Shown in pieces: positions 19,212 to 27,967 of a stretch of DNA of 64,000 bases (its first letter is position 1; each line of letters starts with the position of its first letter). Position numbers and translations under genes: made by a program. The stretch lies in IMG/VR virus record IMGVR_UViG_3300027736_000021. One strand, written 5' to 3'. Source of the stretch: a virus. Under the pieces are notes generated by a model, which was given only the letters and a program-made list of their open reading frames with translations, did not search any database and had not been told where the DNA came from.

Positions 19212-19264
19212 TGTTGTTTTTAAGCAACATCGTGCTTGACTTTGATTGTGGTTTATGATACAAT
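19212..19264 (+). promoter_or_regulatory. Sigma70-type promoter with upstream TGTTG-N8-CAACA palindrome
   Basis: Palindrome 19212-19229; TTGACT-17 nt-TACAAT with extended -10 TG. Confidence 0.7.
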
Positions 19265-19297
19265 GGTAGGATCTAGTGAAAAATGGAAGGTTATATT

Positions 19298-20497
19298 ATG
19301 AGTAGCAAAATTGAAATTCGTGAAAAGTTTAAAACATTATTAATTGCCACTGGCAAAAGCACCGTAACAAAATCTGAGATTAAAGATATTTGTTCAAAAT
19401 TGAACATATCTGGTGCTCAATGGTTTACTAAAGATATTGGTAACCGAGTTGGTCGTGGCTTGTATAAAGTACCAAATAGTTCCTCGGCACCTGTTGCTGA
19501 AATGATTGATTATAATGCACAGGTTATTCCAATGCCAAAACAAAATGAAGTGAAATCTGGTAATCGTATTTCAAATGTGGTCACCGACCTTGAAACCGAA
19601 AATTTAGTTCCTGCTGTATATAAAAATTATGTGCCGTTTGGTAACTTTGATGATTTACTTTCAATCATTGGTTCTAAAAAGTTTTACCCAATTTTTATTA
19701 CTGGTCATTCTGGTAATGGTAAAACAATGTCTGCTGAACAGGCATCTGCCAAACTAAAGCGTAAATTCGTTTGCGTATCAATGACACCTGAAACCGATGA
19801 ATCAGATTTACTTGGTAACTTTGTGTTGATTAATGGTCAGATGGAATGGCGAGATGGCCCGGTTACCGTAGCTGCTCGTCAAGGTGCCGTATTGTGTATT
19901 GATGAGATTGATTACGGTGCTCAGAATCTTTCCTGTTTACAGCGTGTGCTTGAAGGCAAACCATTCTTGTTGAAAAAGAAGAATGAGTTAGTTGTGCCTG
20001 CTGAAGGTTTCACAATCATTGCTACTGCCAATACTAAAGGTAAAGGTTCAGATGATGGTCGTTATATGTTCACCAATGTATTGAATGAGGCTTTCTTAGA
20101 AAGATTCCTTAATACCTATGAACAAGATTGGCCTCCTGTTAAGGTTGAACAGAAGATTATCAAAAAAGAATTAGAAGCAAACGGTAAAGCAGATGATGAG
20201 TTTGCTGAGAAATTGGTAACTTGGGCTGATGTGATTCGTAAAACCTTTGTAGAAGGCGGAGTTGACGAAGTGATTTCCACTCGCCGTTTGGTACATATCA
20301 GTAAGACCTATGGTGTGTTTGGTAATCGTATGAAGGCCATTGAGTTATGTTTGAATCGTTTTGATGATGACACCAAGATGTCTTTCCTTGACTTGTATTC
20401 TAAAGTGGATGCTGGTGCCAATACCGAAACATTGATGGCACAAACAGTTGATATTACATTACCTGAACAGCAACCATCAGGCGATATTCAAATCTAA
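19298..20497 (+). CDS. MoxR/CobS-like AAA+ ATPase
   Basis: GHSGNGKT, LCIDEID, ATANTKGKG, NEAFLERF and ISTRRLV. Confidence 0.9.
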   Translation: MSSKIEIREKFKTLLIATGKSTVTKSEIKDICSKLNISGAQWFTKDIGNRVGRGLYKVPNSSSAPVAEMIDYNAQVIPMPKQNEVKSGNRISNVVTDLETENLVPAVYKNYVPFGNFDDLLSIIGSKKFYPIFITGHSGNGKTMSAEQASAKLKRKFVCVSMTPETDESDLLGNFVLINGQMEWRDGPVTVAARQGAVLCIDEIDYGAQNLSCLQRVLEGKPFLLKKKNELVVPAEGFTIIATANTKGKGSDDGRYMFTNVLNEAFLERFLNTYEQDWPPVKVEQKIIKKELEANGKADDEFAEKLVTWADVIRKTFVEGGVDEVISTRRLVHISKTYGVFGNRMKAIELCLNRFDDDTKMSFLDLYSKVDAGANTETLMAQTVDITLPEQQPSGDIQI

Positions 20498-20533
20498 TTA
20501 GAGGCAATAGTGAGTAAGTCTGCCGTAAAAAGC

Positions 20534-20562
20534 TTGACTTACTCTTTTTTGTATGTTAGTAT
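20534..20562 (+). promoter_or_regulatory. Sigma70-type promoter overlapped by the inverted repeat GAGTAAGTC/GACTTACTC
   Basis: TTGACT-17 nt-TAGTAT; upstream TGCCGT...GCTTGAC is shared with the tRNA promoter. Confidence 0.6.
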
Positions 20563-20566
20563 TAAC

Positions 20567-20615
20567 ATATCTTGAGAGTTGAACCACCTCTCGGATGTCC
20601 TGAAATCGTGGTTCA
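20567..20615 (+). promoter_or_regulatory. Predicted H-type RNA pseudoknot in a 5' UTR
   Basis: Stem 1 GAGAG/CTCTC (extendable); loop TGAACCAC pairs with GTGGTTCA at 20608-20615. Confidence 0.55.
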
Positions 20616-20639
20616 TTTTTTTAATTATGGAGTTTTACA

Positions 20640-20912
20640 ATGTCTGCAAAAGCAAAAGTATTGGCATATTTGTCAAAAGAAGGTTCTTATAACACGTTGA
20701 CCGCACAGAAAATGCAATCTGTATTTGGTGTAGCAAATCCTTCCGCTACTATCAATGAATTGCGTAACGAAGGTCATACAATCTATTTGAACAGCCGTAT
20801 CAATAGCAATGGCGATAAAGTATCTTTCTATCGCTTAGGTTCACCAACCAAGCGTATCGTTGCTGCTGGTATCGCTGCTCTCCGTTCACAAGGTGAACGT
20901 GCATTTGCCTAA
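20640..20912 (+). CDS. Winged helix-turn-helix protein
   Basis: KVLAYL...FGVANPSATINELRNEGHTI...YRLG pattern; SD GGAG. Confidence 0.75.
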   Translation: MSAKAKVLAYLSKEGSYNTLTAQKMQSVFGVANPSATINELRNEGHTIYLNSRINSNGDKVSFYRLGSPTKRIVAAGIAALRSQGERAFA

Positions 20913-20933
20913 TTTAAGTTAGGTTCACTAGTT

Positions 20934-20969
20934 GAGGAGAGATATATAATAGTATCTCTCCTCTTTTTT
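20934..20969 (+). terminator. Intrinsic terminator
   Basis: GAGGAGAGATA/TATCTCTCCTC 11 bp stem followed by T6. Confidence 0.8.
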
Positions 20970-20985
20970 ATTTTATGGATACATT

Positions 20986-21801
20986 ATGGAAATTCAAGTT
21001 AACATTGAAGAATTAAAAAAACATAAACTGTTTATTGCTACTCCAATGTATGGCGGCATGGCTCACGGTTTATACATCAAGTCTTGCCTAGATTTACAAA
21101 CTACATTTAACCAATACGGAATTGAAACTAAGTTTTCTTTCCTGTTTAATGAATCACTTATCACAAGAGCTCGTAACTACCTAGTTGATGAGTTTCTGCG
21201 TTCAGATTACACACACATGATGTTCATTGATTCGGACATCCACTTCTCACCAAAAGATGTTATCGCCTTACTAGCATTAGATAAAGATGTTATTGGTGGT
21301 CCCTATCCTAAGAAATCTATTAATTGGGGTAATGTTGCTCATGCAGCTAGAAACCATCCAGATTTAGAACCTCGTGAACTTGAAAACTTAGTTGGCGAAT
21401 ATGTATTCAATGTTGTAAAAGGTACATCATCATTTCAAGTATCAGAACCATTAAATGTTTTAGAAATCGGTACTGGTCATATGATGATTAAGCGTCATGT
21501 ATTTGATAAGATGAAAGATGCTTATCCGATGATTCACTACAAACCAGACCATGTTGGTCAAGCTAACTTTGATGGCACTCGTTACATTCATGCCTTCTTT
21601 GATACAGTTATTGATACCAAAGATTCAATTACTGGTGGTGGTTCTGACCGCTATCTAAGTGAAGATTATATGTTCTGTCAAATGTGGCGTAAGCTTGGTG
21701 GTGAAATTTATTTGTGTCCTTGGATGAGAACACAACATATTGGTACATATGCGTTTACTGGTAATATGCCAGCTGTTGCACAATATACTGGTAAGCTATG
21801 A
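20986..21801 (+). CDS. GT-A fold glycosyltransferase-like protein
   Basis: FIATPMYGG, ITRARN, FIDSDI (DxD) and LSEDYMFC. Confidence 0.75.
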   Translation: MEIQVNIEELKKHKLFIATPMYGGMAHGLYIKSCLDLQTTFNQYGIETKFSFLFNESLITRARNYLVDEFLRSDYTHMMFIDSDIHFSPKDVIALLALDKDVIGGPYPKKSINWGNVAHAARNHPDLEPRELENLVGEYVFNVVKGTSSFQVSEPLNVLEIGTGHMMIKRHVFDKMKDAYPMIHYKPDHVGQANFDGTRYIHAFFDTVIDTKDSITGGGSDRYLSEDYMFCQMWRKLGGEIYLCPWMRTQHIGTYAFTGNMPAVAQYTGKL

Positions 21802-22130
21802 CAAGTAAAGCAGTAAAAGAATCACAAACAGCCACAACAGGTGGTCGCAAGTTTGATGGTGGTAAACTACAATATGGTTTACTACCACCACTTGCACTAA
21901 AAGCCACAGTTGAAATTCTTACATTTGGTGCTGAGAAATATGAACCTGATAATTGGAAATATGTGCCAGATTCCAAACGCAGGTACTTTGATGCCATGCA
22001 AAGACATATGTGGGCATGGAAAGAAGGCGAAGCAAATGATCCTGAATCTGGTAAGCATCACTTAGCTCATGCGATGTGTTGCCTTATGTTTCTTTATGAA
22101 CACGATGTTGAATATTCGCCTGACAAATAA
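21798..22130 (+). CDS. dATP/dGTP diphosphohydrolase domain protein (DUF5664-like)
   Basis: GRKFDGGK, FGAEKYEPDNW and DPESGKHHLAHA. Confidence 0.85.
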   Translation: MTSKAVKESQTATTGGRKFDGGKLQYGLLPPLALKATVEILTFGAEKYEPDNWKYVPDSKRRYFDAMQRHMWAWKEGEANDPESGKHHLAHAMCCLMFLYEHDVEYSPDK

Positions 22131-22177
22131 TTTTAGATGTAGTATAATGAAGTTTCAATTACAATATGGAGTATGTT

Positions 22178-22861
22178 ATGCAATTATCAAATGATACAAT
22201 CAATGTATTGAAGAACTTTGGTGCAATCAACCAAGGTATTCTTTTCAAAAAAGGCAAGGTGTTAAAGACCATGTCCTCTGGCAAGAACATTCTTGCTGAA
22301 GTAACAATCAAAGAAGATATTCCAACTGAGTTTGGTATCTATGACTTGAACAAGTTTCTATCGGTAGTTTCGTTACACAAAGACAACCCAACATTTGAAT
22401 TCGGTGATAAAGAAGTGAAGATTGTTGGTAACAAAGGTCGCAGTAAAATGAAGTATCGCTTTTGTGAGCCAACAATGATTGTTACTCCACCTGAGAAACA
22501 ATTGGCGATGCCTAATCCTGAAGTGTCGTTTTCTTTATCTGCTGAAGATTTTGATTGGATAATGAAAGCTGCTGGTGTTCTTGGTTCACCACAAATTGCA
22601 GTTGAATCGGATGGTTCTAAAGTTACAGTTACAGCATTTGATTCTTCTGATAGTTCGGCTCATACCGATGCACTTGAAGTTTCTGCTGGTAATGGTGACA
22701 AGTTCCGTTTCATCTTTAAAACAGAGCATCTCACTAAGTTATTTGGTGGTGCCTATGATGTGCAAATCTCATCAAAGGGTATCTCTAACTTCAAACATAA
22801 AACAGTAGAGTTGCAATACTGGATTTCTACTGAAACAGGTTCAACCTTTACGAAGGGTTAA
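22178..22861 (+). CDS. gp45: Sliding clamp (gp45)
   Basis: LKNFGAINQGI and FGIYDLNKFL; promoter CTGACA-17 nt-TATAAT at 22120-22148. Confidence 0.93.
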   Translation: MQLSNDTINVLKNFGAINQGILFKKGKVLKTMSSGKNILAEVTIKEDIPTEFGIYDLNKFLSVVSLHKDNPTFEFGDKEVKIVGNKGRSKMKYRFCEPTMIVTPPEKQLAMPNPEVSFSLSAEDFDWIMKAAGVLGSPQIAVESDGSKVTVTAFDSSDSSAHTDALEVSAGNGDKFRFIFKTEHLTKLFGGAYDVQISSKGISNFKHKTVELQYWISTETGSTFTKG

Positions 22862-22883
22862 TGTGAAGGCAAAAGTGATTGTG

Positions 22884-22941
22884 TATGCTGGTTTTGAATA
22901 AAAACCAGCATATATAATAGTAGAGATAAAAGTTTTATCTC
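22884..22941. repeat. Two adjacent inverted repeats upstream of the ParB-like gene
   Basis: TATGCTGGTTTT/AAAACCAGCATA (22884-22912) and GAGATAAAA-G-TTTTATCTC (22923-22941). Confidence 0.7.
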
Positions 22942-23007
22942 ATTTTAAAACCACACAGTTTAGGTATGGGATTTCCATCCACCTGTGTTTAATTAAGGAA
23001 ATTTAAT

Positions 23008-24024
23008 ATGTCAAGCCCAAAACTCGACCCGTCAGCGGTCACATTCGGTAAACTCAGTTCTATTGGAACAAAGTTCATCAACCGACAAATCATCAGTTTC
23101 GATGATATCTATATCCCACCTATGAAAGGTGATAAGACTAATTCTGCTAGACGAAAGGGAAAAAGTCCATTTCACATCCAAAACTTAGCAAGTTCTTTAA
23201 AACAAGGTATTGATTATTCAAAAATGCCACCTGTTGTTCAGAGGTCAGCAAAACAAGTTAATGGTAAAATCTATCAATGGGAGTTAGTAACAGGAAATCA
23301 TCGTCTTGAAGCTTTACGATTCAACGATTGTAAAGAATGGATTTTTGATGTTTACGATTTCTCCAGTTCCGATATGTTCTCAACTAAAGATGCTATTTCA
23401 ACCTTTCAATTGCGTGAGAATAACTTTGCACCAGAATTGCCATCAACTGGAGATGATGTTATTAATGTCATCAGAAATTTGATTCAAGAAGGTTCATTAA
23501 TGATTAGTCCTGATGAAGAAAGTATTAAGGACTATGTTGATAATGTTTGCACGAATATGCACGGTAATACAAGAAACAAAGTTGTAGCACAAGTGATTCG
23601 TGTATTGAAGAACTCAGGTCAAAAAGTGCATCAAGAATTTGTTACCTACACCGCACAAGATGTTACAGACTTTATTAAAGGTGAAAAACTAGACATCGTA
23701 GTTGGTGGTAACTTTGACCACAAGCGTAAAGAATTTGGTTGGTCTGTATTAGAAGGATATCCACATGAGTTCGTTTTAAATGCAGCTAAGAAATTTGTTG
23801 AAACTGGTAACAAATCTTACTTCACTTTTCACACATATCGTCCTTTAGATAATCAAACGGTAAAAGATAAGCGTGATAAGATGTTATCACATTTGAGTTC
23901 TGTTGAAGAAAGTTTGGTGAAAGCTGTTGAATATTACCAAAAGAATGGTGTTTTTCCTTGGCGAGTTAATGGTTATTTACCACAAGATGTTTCTAATGGT
24001 GAGAAGTCTTACATTAATACCTAA
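23008..24024 (+). CDS. ParB/Srx N-terminal-like domain protein
   Basis: PPVV...WELVTGNHRLEAL matches the ParB GxxR motif. Confidence 0.6.
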   Translation: MSSPKLDPSAVTFGKLSSIGTKFINRQIISFDDIYIPPMKGDKTNSARRKGKSPFHIQNLASSLKQGIDYSKMPPVVQRSAKQVNGKIYQWELVTGNHRLEALRFNDCKEWIFDVYDFSSSDMFSTKDAISTFQLRENNFAPELPSTGDDVINVIRNLIQEGSLMISPDEESIKDYVDNVCTNMHGNTRNKVVAQVIRVLKNSGQKVHQEFVTYTAQDVTDFIKGEKLDIVVGGNFDHKRKEFGWSVLEGYPHEFVLNAAKKFVETGNKSYFTFHTYRPLDNQTVKDKRDKMLSHLSSVEESLVKAVEYYQKNGVFPWRVNGYLPQDVSNGEKSYINT

Positions 24025-24035
24025 GTTGTTGTGAT

Positions 24036-24069
24036 TAACATAACCTGCTTTTCGGAGTGGGTTATGTTA
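24036..24069 (+). terminator. Long UUCG-loop hairpin after the ParB-like gene, overlapping the -10 of the gp44 promoter
   Basis: TAACATAACC/GGTTATGTTA outer stem, G-U-rich inner stem, TTCG loop; weak U tract. Confidence 0.55.
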
Positions 24070-24099
24070 TAATGAATTATTATATTATGAGGTGTGTGA

Positions 24100-25035
24100 A
24101 TGGAACATTTATTATGGACAGAAAAGTATCGTCCTAAAAAGATTGATGATTGTATTCTTCCTGAGCGGTTAAAGAAGCCGTTTCAGGAATATGTTAATCA
24201 AAGTAATATACCCAATCTTCTTTTATCTGGTGGTGCAGGCGTAGGTAAAACTACTGTTGCAAAAGCCATGTGTGAAGAAATTGGTTGTGATGTGATGGTC
24301 ATCAATGGTTCAGATGAAGGTCGTTTGATTGATACCTTTAGAACCAAAATCAAAAACTTTGCTTCGTCTATGTCGCTTGCAGGCGGCAGAAAAGTTGTTA
24401 TCATTGATGAAGCAGATTACTGTAATGCCGAATCAGTTCAACCTGCCCTAAGAAACTTCATTGAAGAATTTGCAGGCAACTGTTCGTTTATCTTTACTTG
24501 TAATTACAAAAACAAACTGATTGATCCTCTCCATAGTCGGTGTGCAGTTATTGACTTTGCACTAAAGAATGGTGAGAAGGCACAGATGGCCTCTGCGTTT
24601 ATGAAGCGAGTTCAGTCGGTTTTGCAAAGTGAAAATGTTGAGTATGATGACAAGGTAGTTGCAGAATTAATCAAGAAACACTTTCCAGATTTTCGCCGTG
24701 TGATAAATGAGTTGCAACGCTATTCGCAACTTGGTAAGATTGACATTGGCATCCTATCTCAAATCTCCGATGTAACGATTAATGATATCATTAAATATAT
24801 CAAAGAGAAAGACTTTGGTGCAATTCGTAAATGGGTTGCAAGTAATGATATAGATGCTACAGCATTCTATCGTAAACTATATGATAATCTGTATGAGGTT
24901 CTAAAGCCTCAATCTATTCCTCAGGCTGTTTTAATTCTCGCTGACTATCAATACAAAGGTGCGTTTGTTGCTGACCAAGAAATCAACACAGTTGCTTGCT
25001 TGACAGAGTTGATGGTTGGGTGTGAATTCAAATGA
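24100..25035 (+). CDS. gp44: Clamp loader large subunit (gp44)
   Basis: LWTEKYRP, GGAGVGKTT, IIDEAD and SRC. Confidence 0.96.
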   Translation: MEHLLWTEKYRPKKIDDCILPERLKKPFQEYVNQSNIPNLLLSGGAGVGKTTVAKAMCEEIGCDVMVINGSDEGRLIDTFRTKIKNFASSMSLAGGRKVVIIDEADYCNAESVQPALRNFIEEFAGNCSFIFTCNYKNKLIDPLHSRCAVIDFALKNGEKAQMASAFMKRVQSVLQSENVEYDDKVVAELIKKHFPDFRRVINELQRYSQLGKIDIGILSQISDVTINDIIKYIKEKDFGAIRKWVASNDIDATAFYRKLYDNLYEVLKPQSIPQAVLILADYQYKGAFVADQEINTVACLTELMVGCEFK

Positions 25036-25319
25036 ATGATTTAGTTTATAACATTTTTAAATGGATACATGATGATTGGAAATCCCACCCTTTACGCTTT
25101 ATCGTTGAACTCTTGGCATGGGCAATTTCTATTGGTTGCTCTATCACAATGGCTCTCACCGTACCTCACCCACCGCTACTTCTTTTATATCCAATTTGGA
25201 TTCTCGGTTGTAGTTTGTATTTGTGGGCTGCTTTTACTCGCAAATCTTTTGGGATGGTCGCTAATTACCTTCTACTTACTGCTATTGATACAGTCGGCTT
25301 AGTGAGAATGTTAACATGA
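25032..25319 (+). CDS. Small multi-pass membrane protein
   Basis: Three hydrophobic segments; start and stop overlap both neighbours. Confidence 0.65.
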   Translation: MNDLVYNIFKWIHDDWKSHPLRFIVELLAWAISIGCSITMALTVPHPPLLLLYPIWILGCSLYLWAAFTRKSFGMVANYLLLTAIDTVGLVRMLT

Positions 25320-25693
25320 GTAACCCATTTGATTATGTAAATGCCATTCTTCAAAACAAGAAACAATTAATCGTTGATGATATTACAGAGAAAGGTTATA
25401 TACCATTTATGGTCAACCGTTCTTTGTCGTATCATAAAGACTGTATAATCTATGCGAATGAGATGAATCAAAGGCACCACCTTGGAAAGAGGCTTCAGAA
25501 TGACTTCCTTATAAATACTGTGAGGTCTCAAAAAAGACCATTCGCCAAGTGGGTTAAGTCTGAGAAAAGTGAAGATATAGAATGTGTGAAGTTAGTCTAT
25601 GGACTATCAGATTCCAAAGCTCGTGAAGCTCTACGCCTACTTAGTGATGAACAAATCCAACAATTAAAAGAAAAAACCGATACGGGTGGATAA
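25316..25693 (+). CDS. gp62: Clamp loader small subunit (gp62)
   Basis: YIPFMVNRSLS and ANEMN; lies between gp44 and regA. Confidence 0.9.
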   Translation: MSNPFDYVNAILQNKKQLIVDDITEKGYIPFMVNRSLSYHKDCIIYANEMNQRHHLGKRLQNDFLINTVRSQKRPFAKWVKSEKSEDIECVKLVYGLSDSKAREALRLLSDEQIQQLKEKTDTGG

Positions 25694-25698
25694 ACATC

Positions 25699-26106
25699 AT
25701 GGTAGATTTAAGTAAGTTCGTTGAAGTAACTCTCAACGAGCAGGATGATTTTTTGAAAGTTCGTGAAACGCTAACACGAATTGGTGTGTCATCTAGGAAA
25801 GAAAGAATTCTGTATCAGTCTTGCCATATTTTACATAAGCAAGGCCAGTATTATATCGTGCATTTCAAAGAGTTGTTTGCTCTTGACGGCAAACCATCTA
25901 ACATTTCTGAAAATGATATTCAAAGACGAAACGCAATTGCAAAGTTGTTAGAAGAATGGGGTCTAGTTACAATTCTTAATCCACAAATTATGATTGACAA
26001 CATTGCACCACTTCACCAAATTAAAATCATTTCATTCAAAGAGAAACACGAATGGGAATTGGTAACAAAATACAATATTGGTAAAAAGCCAGACCAGAAT
26101 TATTAA
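25699..26106 (+). CDS. regA: Translational repressor RegA
   Basis: DDFLKVRETLTRIGV and LYQSCHILHKQGQYYIVHFKELFALDG. Confidence 0.97.
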   Translation: MVDLSKFVEVTLNEQDDFLKVRETLTRIGVSSRKERILYQSCHILHKQGQYYIVHFKELFALDGKPSNISENDIQRRNAIAKLLEEWGLVTILNPQIMIDNIAPLHQIKIISFKEKHEWELVTKYNIGKKPDQNY

Positions 26107-26190
26107 GCTTCACCTTAGGACCGACTTATGGTACGAAGCGTTTTAAAGCGGACTTGACGATACGAAATCGCTGGATCCCGTAACCAGCAA
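26107..26190 (+). ncRNA. Candidate structured non-coding element after regA
   Basis: About half G+C in an AT-rich genome, no ORF, tandem hairpins CGAT/ATCG and GCTGG/CCAGC. Confidence 0.35.
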
Positions 26191-26210
26191 AGCAAGGCAA
26201 GTATGGCATT

Positions 26211-26243
26211 ATTGCCACATTTGTCCTCTCCTCATGTTATAAT
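26211..26243 (+). promoter_or_regulatory. ATTGCCWC-N16-TGn-TANNAT promoter, copy 2
   Basis: ATTGCCAC 26211-26218, TG 26235-26236, TATAAT 26238-26243. Confidence 0.55.
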
Positions 26244-26252
26244 GGTAGTATT

Positions 26253-27212
26253 ATGAAAATAGCTGTATGTTCCGACCTTCACCTTGAATTCAAAACAATC
26301 ACACTCACTAATGATGAGGGTGCTGATGTATTGATTCTTTCAGGTGACATTTGTGTTGCAAAAGATTTATTAGATGTGGATAGTGCTGACTTGAAATATG
26401 GTCATGCTGGTAAAGGCTCTGAAAGAAGCCGCCGTATCCATGATTTCTTTTATAATTGTTGCGATAACTTTCCTCATGTGGTTTATGTTGTGGGTAACCA
26501 CGAACACTATCATGGTGATTTCAAAGATACAATTCCACATTTGAAGAAGATGTTAAAGTATTTGCCAAACTTGCAAATTTTGGACAAAGAAGTTTGGACA
26601 TTACATGATGAAGTTACATTCATTGGTGGTACTTTGTGGACTGATATGAACAAGGAAGACCCTTTGACATTATTCCACATTCAACAACGAATGAATGACT
26701 TCCGTTGTGTTGACAATTCTAATCGTATGGTATCTCGTAAAGTTCCAATCTACGAAGAAAATCCTTTATATACAGAAGATGGTAAAAATGGTGGTAAGTA
26801 TATTCAGGATGAAAAAGGTAATTTGATTCCTAATGGATTTAAACACAAAGAAAGTCCTTCTCGTTTTTGTCCTGAAGATGCTGTGAAAGACCATCGTAAA
26901 ATGCTAGGTTACATCAAAGCTGTAACAGAGGGTATTCACGATAAGAAGTTTGTTGTGGTTGGTCATCATACACCAAGTCCTTTTAGTATTCATCCAAAGT
27001 ATGCACACGATAAGTTGATGAACGGTGGTTATCATTCTGATTTGATTGACTTCATCTTAGAACGACCACAGATTAAACTGTGGACACATGGACATACACA
27101 TGAAGAATTTGATTATATGATTGGTAGCACAAGAGTGGTTTGTAATCCTCGTGGGTATGCTGACTACGAAGAAATTGCAGACAATTTTAAACTGAAGTAT
27201 TGGGAGATATAA
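26253..27212 (+). CDS. Calcineurin-like metallophosphoesterase
   Basis: SDLH, GDI, GNHE and HGHTH. Confidence 0.9.
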   Translation: MKIAVCSDLHLEFKTITLTNDEGADVLILSGDICVAKDLLDVDSADLKYGHAGKGSERSRRIHDFFYNCCDNFPHVVYVVGNHEHYHGDFKDTIPHLKKMLKYLPNLQILDKEVWTLHDEVTFIGGTLWTDMNKEDPLTLFHIQQRMNDFRCVDNSNRMVSRKVPIYEENPLYTEDGKNGGKYIQDEKGNLIPNGFKHKESPSRFCPEDAVKDHRKMLGYIKAVTEGIHDKKFVVVGHHTPSPFSIHPKYAHDKLMNGGYHSDLIDFILERPQIKLWTHGHTHEEFDYMIGSTRVVCNPRGYADYEEIADNFKLKYWEI

Positions 27213-27388
27213 TGGTAAAAACTAACGGAGCATTTAAGTTAAGCAAAGAAACAAAACGCATTTTGGCCTCCATGCCACAAGATAGGGCAGGAGATTATAA
27301 ACGAATGATGATTGATGCTGAAGTTTCTGAAGCAAAAGCAAAGTTAGCAAAGATTAAAACTGGTAAGAATGAAGCGAAAGTGGATTGA
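27212..27388 (+). CDS. Hypothetical protein
   Basis: 58 aa from ATG 27212 with SD GGGAG. Confidence 0.55.
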   Translation: MVKTNGAFKLSKETKRILASMPQDRAGDYKRMMIDAEVSEAKAKLAKIKTGKNEAKVD

Positions 27389-27797
27389 TGCCTTTATGGA
27401 TACAGCTGAGAGATTTGCTCAGTTGTCATCTGCAAAGAGATTGAAAGTTGGTGCAGTTGTTGTTAAAGACAATCGTATCATTTCAATTGGGTATAATGGT
27501 ATGCCATCTGGTTGGACAAATGATTGTGAGGATGTAATCCAACATTCGGATGACACTACCAGTTTAACTACAAAAGATGAAGTGATACACGCTGAGTCCA
27601 ATGCTATCGTTAAACTGGCTCGTGATGGAGAGTCTGGAATTAATTCTACCATGTTCTGCACTCATGCACCATGTATTCATTGTGCTAAATTAATTTATGG
27701 TGCAGGTATCAATAGAGTTTATTACCGTGATACTTACCGTGATACTAATGGCATTGATTTTTTAAACAAATGTAATATAGAAGTGGAACAAATATGA
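27369..27797 (+). CDS. cd: dCMP deaminase
   Basis: IGYNG, HAE and PCIHC zinc motifs. Confidence 0.92.
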   Translation: MKRKWIDAFMDTAERFAQLSSAKRLKVGAVVVKDNRIISIGYNGMPSGWTNDCEDVIQHSDDTTSLTTKDEVIHAESNAIVKLARDGESGINSTMFCTHAPCIHCAKLIYGAGINRVYYRDTYRDTNGIDFLNKCNIEVEQI

Positions 27798-27967
27798 AAT
27801 CATACACCAGTAAGGTATTAGAAATTTGTGATAATGGTGATGCTATCGTTGAATTGCCTGATAAACTTATGGAAGAATTGGGTTGGAAAGTAGGCGATAA
27901 TTTAAAATATGAAGAAAAAGATGGAAAAATCTTTATTAAGAACATAAGTATAAATGATACAGATTGA
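27794..27967 (+). CDS. AbrB/MazE/SpoVT-like small protein (57 aa, absent from the ORF track)
   Basis: MKSYTSKVLEICDNGDAIVELPDKLMEELGWKVGDNL... Confidence 0.7.
   Translation: MKSYTSKVLEICDNGDAIVELPDKLMEELGWKVGDNLKYEEKDGKIFIKNISINDTD

Noticed and set aside
16855-20497. Cobalamin biosynthesis (cobS/cobT)
   Set aside because: No CobN or other cob genes; a generic MoxR-vWA pair is the safer call.
26107-26190. Pistol or hammerhead ribozyme, or a tRNA
   Set aside because: TTAGG...AAGCG resembles pistol only superficially: the pseudoknot complement is missing. No CUGANGA core and no acceptor stem were found.
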